From Lepidodermella squamata (lineage: Eukaryota > Animalia > Gastrotricha): a stretch of 64,000 bases of DNA. The notes below the pieces were generated by a model, which had not been told where the DNA came from, did not search any database, and saw only the letters and a list, made by a program, of their open reading frames with translations. This document shows positions 56,101 to 64,000 of this stretch, piece by piece. The number at the start of each line of letters is the position of its first letter. Position 1 is the stretch's first letter. The DNA lies in contig JBLDXI010000028.1 in NCBI GenBank assembly GCA_047495785.1, forward strand, positions 372,001 through 436,000, written 5' to 3'. A program made the translations under genes and the position numbers.

Positions 56101-59100
56101 GGCTGTTGATATATTCGAGGAATTGCTGGTCGATGAGTTGGAATTCTTCGATCATGAACATGACTTGGTCGCCGTCGACCCCGGCCCACATGAGGACTTG
56201 TTTTAGGTCCTGGCGGAACTGTTTGATCTGGTAGTTGCGGTTGAGTTTGGGTGTGAAAATTCGCATGGCGTGGGCATGTGCGACAACGTGGGCGGCGGTT
56301 CGGCGACCGGTTCCGACTGGACCGGCTAGAATTAGCGAGCCGCCTGGCATCGTGAGGACACGATCAACCTAAAAATACGGCGAAAATTTAAATATTCATG
56401 AATTTTAAAATATAATATTAATATATAATTTAATAAAATATCTCATATAAGGCATGATCATTTTACTAATTTCATGAGTTCTGAGGCTTTAATTCAGAAT
56501 GCCAACATATTTTAAAATAATGGAATTCCCATTTTTTTCATTCGAATAAAAAATCGAAATCTCGAAGTCATAGAATTCAATAATCTCATTTTTTACTTTC
56601 AGATTTCAAATTGAACCGAATTTCAAATCTTGACACTCGACTCATAAAATGCAGAAATCTGAAAGCTTAATCATCAACCTTTGATTTTCTCCAAATATAC
56701 TTATATATTTTTTTAATTTTCCCAATCACCCAACATGAATTACCGAATTTAACATGTCTCTTTCCCAATCACGACTACCCGGAAACTGGACACACGATTG
56801 CCTGGTGGAAGCTGCCGCTACTCTATTCGAAGTCACCATTTTCGTTTTTGGCTGCGAAAATCCGCACGCTCTTGATGAACTCAACAACTCATGGCAGCGA
56901 TTTGAGCCGCTGCATGACGTCTCGTTTCTCTCCGACGAAGCGGAACTACCAAACCTCGAACGGTCGAAGGTTTTTCTCAAATTCGCGAACGGAAATCACT
57001 TCGAGCCCGAATAAATCACGTGCAAGAAAGTCGACAAAGTGCTCACGTCATTAACGATGACTAAATGAATTATGTGATAGTGAAATAAAATCACTTTAAG
57101 CGAGACATTTTTAAATGAAACGGCGCCTTTTGCCATTATATGCACGAACATCGGATGTATAGCTCTCGACAGGCCTCGACGCATGGTTAAGGTTTCATTT
57201 CAGCAACAAGGAACGAGATTTCAAAGTATCACGTAGAATGTCTCCTGAGCTTAGCCGATAAACGGAAATGTAAAAAATACATTCCCACGAACCCGATCGG
57301 TGGAGTAATATAGCCGCGGAGATATAAGGGATGGGAAGTTGGCCCCCCCCTCCCCTCATGCCCTGAAATTTTCACATTTTTACATTTTATTTCCTGATTT
57401 TCTAGAGCTGAAAACCATGTTTTTGTCCAAAATAACTACGCTTACGGTAAATATTTTCCCCGGTCAAATCTTTCAGAAACATACCACAGCAAAGTTAGCG
57501 AGGACATCATCGAAGATGACGAAATTCGCGTCTCGAACTTCACGCGTGAAGCCTTGAATCGCTTTACTGACCACAGTCTAAAATTCAGAAAATAATCAAA
57601 ATAATTTCACGCATGACTGAACTCTAAAAATGAGCGTACCTGAAGGTCTTCATTCGAAGTTTTTCCCAGCATCCGCCCAGTTGGCGGAAGCGGCTGGGCA
57701 GCTGATGACGTAACAGCCGTCACGTCACCCCTCGCGCCCCACGTCGTAAAAAACTGGCCCTCGACCGCCTCCAACGGGTCCGAGCCCCACTCGGCCCGAA
57801 AAGCCGACGAAACAATCCCAGCAAAACGGCTGTAACTCTCATGATCCACCAATCGATCGCCGAAAATGCGAAGAGCCTCGTAAGCAACCGCCTCCAGAAC
57901 CTGTTTCGGCGAATTTCGATCCGACGCAAAGTCATAGCGCATCAGCGACACGATCCACTGCGTCAAATCACGCGGCGTGAACACGTAATGAACCTCATCG
58001 TCGATGGTGAATTTCGCCCGGATAGCCTCGTACGTCTCCAGAATCGTGCTAGCCAACGCGTGGACCTTCGCATCATTCCGCCACACCGCATGGTCCTTGC
58101 CAGTCCTAGCGCCGAGGACCGGCTTCAAAAACGCCGTGTAAATCGATTTCAACTGCTCGGCCGGCAGATAACCGACGTTGCAAATGCGAACAACTGACGT
58201 GAATCGCGTTGATAACTTATTCCGGCCCGCGCTTTGAGACGCGTTCATCGACGCGACAATGTGGATACCTTCCAGCCCGACCCAGTCGAGGTTTTTGTCG
58301 TGAAACCCGTTGTAGGTAATCACCTGTTGCAGGAATGAAATAAGCTGGCACGTGCCCCATTTATCGGGTTTCGGCAGGTTCAGGTCTTTCAGGTAAAGGA
58401 TCAACCGTTCGCAGTCTTTCGGGCGTAAAACTCGCCCGGTATTCGTGTTGATCACCATACACATTTGGTACAGTTTCTCCAGCACGTGTTGCGGCGTGGT
58501 TTGCGTTGAGCAGTTGATTGTAGCCACGGTTGTAGACCTCAACCGGCTGAAGCAGTATTTAAGCATCAAACTCTTGCCGCAACCGTCTGGGCCGGATAGG
58601 ATAAACGGCTGCGCATTTGTGTCCTGGAGATAGCTTTCGAATGTGTCGACATTTCGTATGAAATCGACTGTTCGAATTGCGGGCAGGCCCGTTGCTAGGG
58701 ACGCTACGATTTGGTCGTGCGAAATCTGGGCTGACGCGGCGTCTGCCGAGTACGTCACCAGACGGCCGATGTCTTCGTTGTAGTAGGCGTCAAACGGCCG
58801 TGACGAGTCTGGCGGTTGTTCGCCGATCCACGAGAACAGCTGCTTGGCAAAGGCCTCGCGCGCGGCTTCGTTGAGATTCCCGCCGATTCCGCGCAACAGG
58901 GCGAGGCCGAATTCGCTTCGAGCTCGAGGACAGCCGGTTGGGGAAATTCCTAATATTTAATTGAAAAATCATCGAAATTTCAAAATTATAAAAATTAATT
59001 AATTTAAAAAATATGTAATCAATCAATTATTTATTTTAAATATTTAATATTAATTTAAAAAATCAATTTTAGTTTTAATTTTAATTTCAAATTTCAAGTT

Positions 59101-62100
59101 AGCTAATTTTGTAGCCATTTTTAATAATAAAAAAAGCAGCAAATACTTGGAAAGAATTTGAATTACCGATATGAATTTACGGCTATTTCGCTTTTTCCAC
59201 GAAATGCGTTACATAAGATTCATATGAATGGTGAATTTGAAAATTACCTAGCAAGTGCGATAGCGCTTGTTTGACAACGCCGACTTGGCTGCATGGAACC
59301 ACGAAATCGTTCGCTTTGACCGCCCATTCAACAGCGCGGAACAGATACTCATCAACCCACGTCGACATATTCGACCGATGCCGCTCGTCACTGATTTTGT
59401 TCAGCCAAGCCGTGACAATCGACTTCAGATCTGTATCTTCGTCACTCAAGAATATCATGCCCATACGCGAGATGGTAGCAGGCGATGCACAGCTCAGGTC
59501 GTCGGTTTCGAACAGGAAATTCACATTCGGACCGAACTGGATACGCTCACCGCTCGGCATAGTTAGCAGTCGATTATCGTCCAGGACGGAATTCAATGAC
59601 TCAACCCACTCAGGGTCAATATCACCATCGAGTAAGATCCAAGATTGCACAGCTGTGGAAAAAAGTCATAAATTCAGCTTTCAGCCAAGTCGAAATACTT
59701 ACATAGTTCTTCCTTGACCACCTGACGAGAGGCGAAGGTCAAAACACCATCGGACCATTCCATAGTGTCCATATCAACATGGCCCAGCAATTGACTCCTC
59801 GGCATCGCTTTCGGGCTAATAAGATGCTCCTTGATGACCTTCCCCATTCGCGCCAAAGCTGATCGGAGGAGTTTCCAGAGAGCAGTCTTGCCAGCTCCGG
59901 AAGGTCCGACAACAACGACCCCGATACGCTGGCGAAGTTGTTCGTAGAGCTCAACAGCCTTTCGCAGTTGATTCTTGTTAACCTCCAGGCCAAGTTCCGC
60001 GCAGCTTTCCTCAAGGGCCTTTCTCAGATCAGCGTATTCCACATCGGTCAGGTCGACCCCTGGGAATACGTCTTTGATCAAATCGTCGAACCTGGCCGAG
60101 TCGAAGAAGGTCAATTTCGACAGAGTGTTCAGCCTAACGGCTTGAACAACGAGTTTGAACTCCAATTCAGGCGTAACTGCGACGCCAGGGTTCGTTTTCT
60201 TGTGGTTAGCCAGCAAAGATCCGCAGCCCTTCAGAACCGTTTTCAAAGCTCGAAGCCCCCAGTCGTAATGTTGCTGCTGGGTTAGCAACTCTCGAGACAT
60301 TTGAAAGATTGACACTAACTTCCGGCCTAAAACTTTAGCGTGTTTGTAACCCTCGGAGAATAGGATGACTTCAGCAATCAGATCGTTGTCAGGTTTCGAC
60401 ATGGCAACAGGTCGGAAGAGTTGCTTCAAATTATCAGGCAACTTCGATCGGCCACCGTAACCCTTCCCGGCCGGGTTGAGGGTGATGAAAATGCCGGCAT
60501 TCAGATTGACATCAACATCCCGCCCGAGTAATTTCACAAAACCCGCGCGCTGCCTTATCGCGTCTTGAATGACCTGAATCTGCTGCGAGACAGCAGACAG
60601 CACAGATTCATCCAAACGATTGAACTCGTCAAAGCAACCCCAAGCACCTGATTTTACGAGGCCGATGAAAATTCGACCCATCGACTTGACATCGATACCT
60701 TCGTCGCAGTTGAAGACTAAAACTTGTCTTCCGACAAGATTTCCCAGCGCCTTGACTGATTCGGTTTTACCCGTACCAGCAGGTCCGTAAGGATTGCCTC
60801 CCAACCCCATTCTCAAGCCTTGAGATAGGGTCAGGTAACATTTGTCTGTCAAAGGCGTGTGGACCAATTTCGGAGCATTTCCCTGATACTCGTAGGTGTA
60901 ATCGATTTCTGAATCGACCATACGAGCCTTGCACGAGTCTTTAACTAAATAGAACCTCAGCTGCTTCTGCCACGACCATTGCGTGGTCGAGCGGGTCTTT
61001 TCGTTGATTAGATACTCGACCATGTCCATGTAATGGATCACGTCGAAGATCAAAGCTTTCAACTTGAGTTCCAACACTTCGCTCTGGCAATTGATCTGAG
61101 CGTTCGTGTAAGAATCGAGTTGTTGCCTCAATTCGTTGAGGAATGAGTCCAATCTCGCCGCCCCGATTGCTTCCTCGCAGGCTTGGGTGAACATGATAGA
61201 TTCACCAACGCATAGAACCTGGGATGGATATAAGCTAGGATCAACAGCTGAGCGTCTACCCTTAGCTTCTCTGAGGTATTTAACCAGAAGTTCTTTCAAA
61301 GTTTCAACCATTTCGGTTGAAAGGTTGCCGAGCCAAACTTCAACTTCGGGGACGATTTGAACCTGCTTGCGAAGTTCGACTACTTCACCCTCTTGGCTCT
61401 TAATCGCTGTGATGTATTTGAAATCTGACGAGAAGTCGACCTTGTGGATTCCGGCGAAGAGTTTCTTCAAATGAGTCTGGATAACCTCAGGATTCTGAGA
61501 TCTACCCAAAATTTCCAACAAATCATCATCTCCAATAAAGTAGAACCTAGGGAACTTTGACCTCTTCTCCTCTAGGTATTCATTCAAAGATTTCTGGCAT
61601 CTCTGAAGTTGGTCCAACATATTCGCGAGAAGATTTCGCATCCCGGTTCGATTCGCCAACGACACAACTCGATTGTCTCGAGCAACATCTGACATGATCG
61701 ACCGGAAATCTGCGTCTGTTTTCCTGAATCTATCCTGCTCGCGTGGCAAAGCTCCTCGGCCGAAAATCGGCTCTAAATAAACCCATTTCCTTTGAATTTG
61801 GTTCAGGTTAGCGAGATACTCAGCTAAATCAGCTAGACGCTTCTCCCAAACCGACGCTTTGTCTTCGAAATATTTGTACCATGGGGATTCTTTGACAGAC
61901 TGAAGAAGGTTTTGGTTGTCGCCCACTTGGTTCATCAAATCTTTCCATTCCTTGATAAGATGAACCTTTTTCTTATTCGAATCTTCGTGATCTGTTAGTT
62001 GGAACAAAGCCGAAACTCCCCAGACCTCTAATTCTCTCAAAGCTTCCCGAATTGTAACTTCGCCCTGGGCTCTTTGGTTGAGCTCTTTCAACGCTTCAAC

Positions 62101-64000
62101 ATTTGCCAACACAGCATCGGCGCAATCGACAATGTTTCCGAAGTTGAGTTTTTCCAGGGTCATTCCTTTCGGCATATTGAGCTGCCGGAACAATTCGAGC
62201 CAGTGATCTTGCGATAAAGCCTCGCCTCTCACCCATTTGAAAGCTGGGCAGAGAGCTCGGAACTTGTCGATATCCTTCTGAATCCTAGCTACCATAGGGC
62301 TAGCTTCTTCAGTCCTCAGCTTTTCATGCCAGGTTGTCAAAAACTCCTCGAATTGATAGGTTTTCGATCTGAAAGAGATCCAATCTTCCTTACGCAGGAC
62401 TTCGAGGCCTGAGTGGAACTGCTCAAACAACGACCACATTTGTTCTTGAGCCGCTATGTCATCTTTCAGCTTTTTCGCCAGATCAAAATCAGGATTATCC
62501 ATGCCGAAGTGATCGCATTCAGAACTCAATTTGGTAATTGCAGCGTCCAACTCATCGAATTCCTTCTTCCGATCTTTAATGCTTTGAATAGCGTCGAGAA
62601 GTTGTTTGTTGGTCCCGAATAGCAAGTCATCCTTCGGCTTCAATTGCGCCCATCTAGCCGAGAATTTTTCAACGTTTGCTTGCGTGTTTTTAACCTCGGT
62701 TAGCACGTTGCCTTTAATAACTTCAACCTGATCTCGAACCATGAGTTGATGAGATTCTAGTAAGACTTCGAACCTGTCCCAATTCGGCTGGAGTTGGGTT
62801 AAAGAATCAACCCCTCGCCCGACTGTTTGTCTCAACAGTTTGTTCTGCTCTTCACAGGCCTGAAACAGCGGTTGCATTTCCGCCTTCAATTTCGAGAATT
62901 CCGCATGTTTTACAGTCGCCTCCGAGATTTCCTCAACAGTTTGAGGACGCTTGGTTAACGTAGTAAGAGCTCCCTGGACGAACTGTTCGATTTTCTGAAC
63001 ATTTTGCTGGCATCGAGTTCTCAAAACGTGGACCAATGCATCCTGTAACTGCTGCAACAGATCTTCGACCGAAAGCTTGAACGGGTTGAGATTGATCAAG
63101 ATACAGTCGATTTTAATGTGGTTCGGCAGCTTCTCGATATCGGCACCTCGAATTTTTAGGGCTTTGAAGTTATCCTCGAAATCAACGTTAGTTACAAGAT
63201 GTTTATCGACAAATTCTTCGACATCATATTTAGCCAAAGAGCTGAAGTCACGAAATCTCTCTGTGACCAATTGAAGTCGTTTGAAGATGGATGAAGCTTT
63301 CTCGAAGCAGGTTATCATTCCTTCCGGGTGGCGCTCGATAATAGATGGGAAAATGAAACCTTCAGTTCGATCGCCAACGCCCCGGAACAAGTTCGGAATC
63401 GAGATGAATTTCTTCATTTCTTTGTAATATCTCGACTTGATTTGTTCGAAAGGCGGGTTGAACTGAATCTTGCCTGATCGAATGACCAAATCAGCTTGAA
63501 TTTCGGGTTGGTTTTCGTTCAAAGCCTCCAAGCCCATCAGCCATTGGTGTTCAAGGGCTTTGTAGAGCTGTCGGTCTAAATGATCACGCCAGGGTTTCAT
63601 TCCCTCGGCCGAAAAGCCTTGGTCGACCAAATTAGCCATGATGTGCCTGATTTCCATCAGAACGTCCTTCCACTGTTGCTGTTGTCTTAGAAGGTCGATA
63701 CTGAGTAGCCTAGCAATTTTTTCAATGATTGTTTGGTGGCTTTGGCGGAGTTTTCTGTTCTCATTCGTGAGTTTATCCGCGACTTTTTGAAGTTTCTGGA
63801 TGTAGGCCTCCAATTCCTCAGCGCTATCCCAAGTCACAGAAACATTGCCAGAAGCGCCAGTTTTTGAGTCGCCCTTCGGTTTCTTTATCAATCGCTCGAA
63901 TTCCAAAGCGGTGTTCAACATCATAGCTTGTTGACATGGCAACATTTGTTGATCGATAGTGTTGTAGAAATGACCGACTTGTTGCAGCACAATCGCGTAT
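50105..64000 (-). CDS. DYNC2H1: Cytoplasmic dynein-2 heavy chain (retrograde IFT motor), 5' part outside the window; about 9 exons
   Basis: AAA1 GPAGTGKTESVK...WGCFDEFNRL, AAA2 GPSGAGKT...DGDIDPEWVESLNSVLDDNRLLTMPSGERIQFGPNVNF, AAA3 GPDGCGKS, AAA4 GPVGTGRR, stalk/MTBD LSEIRSLRAPP and ERRTYIPQGWTKFYEF. Confidence 0.95.

Overview
Eukaryotic (invertebrate metazoan) genomic DNA, not prokaryotic. It is gene-dense with GT-AG introns, most about 48-60 nt, plus a few genes with long AT-rich introns. Genes in order: glutaminase (+), a six-domain thyroglobulin type-1 secreted protein (+), a divergent multi-pass membrane protein (-), TRMT9B (-), RABL3 (-), SMC3 (-), and two PTTG1IP-like genes (+). Next is a transposon-rich interval of about 9 kb with two RTE LINE remnants, two copies of a CATG-ended TIR element and a nested MITE. 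One TIR copy interrupts a small secreted-protein gene that the ORF track misses. Then come three ALDH1/2-family paralogues (+) with an orphan coiled-coil/NHL-like gene among them, two trypsin-like proteases (+), a Cys-loop nAChR-like subunit (+), and the 3' part of cytoplasmic dynein-2 heavy chain (-), which runs off the window end. Most notable: SMC3 has Lys-Gln instead of the conserved acetylated Lys-Lys pair; the thyropin looks like a KR-cleaved polyprotein; an orphan secreted peptide gene can be rebuilt by removing a P-like element; and one ALDH paralogue has a remodelled substrate pocket. Exon boundaries were assembled by eye. Family assignments come from recognised motifs, not database searches.
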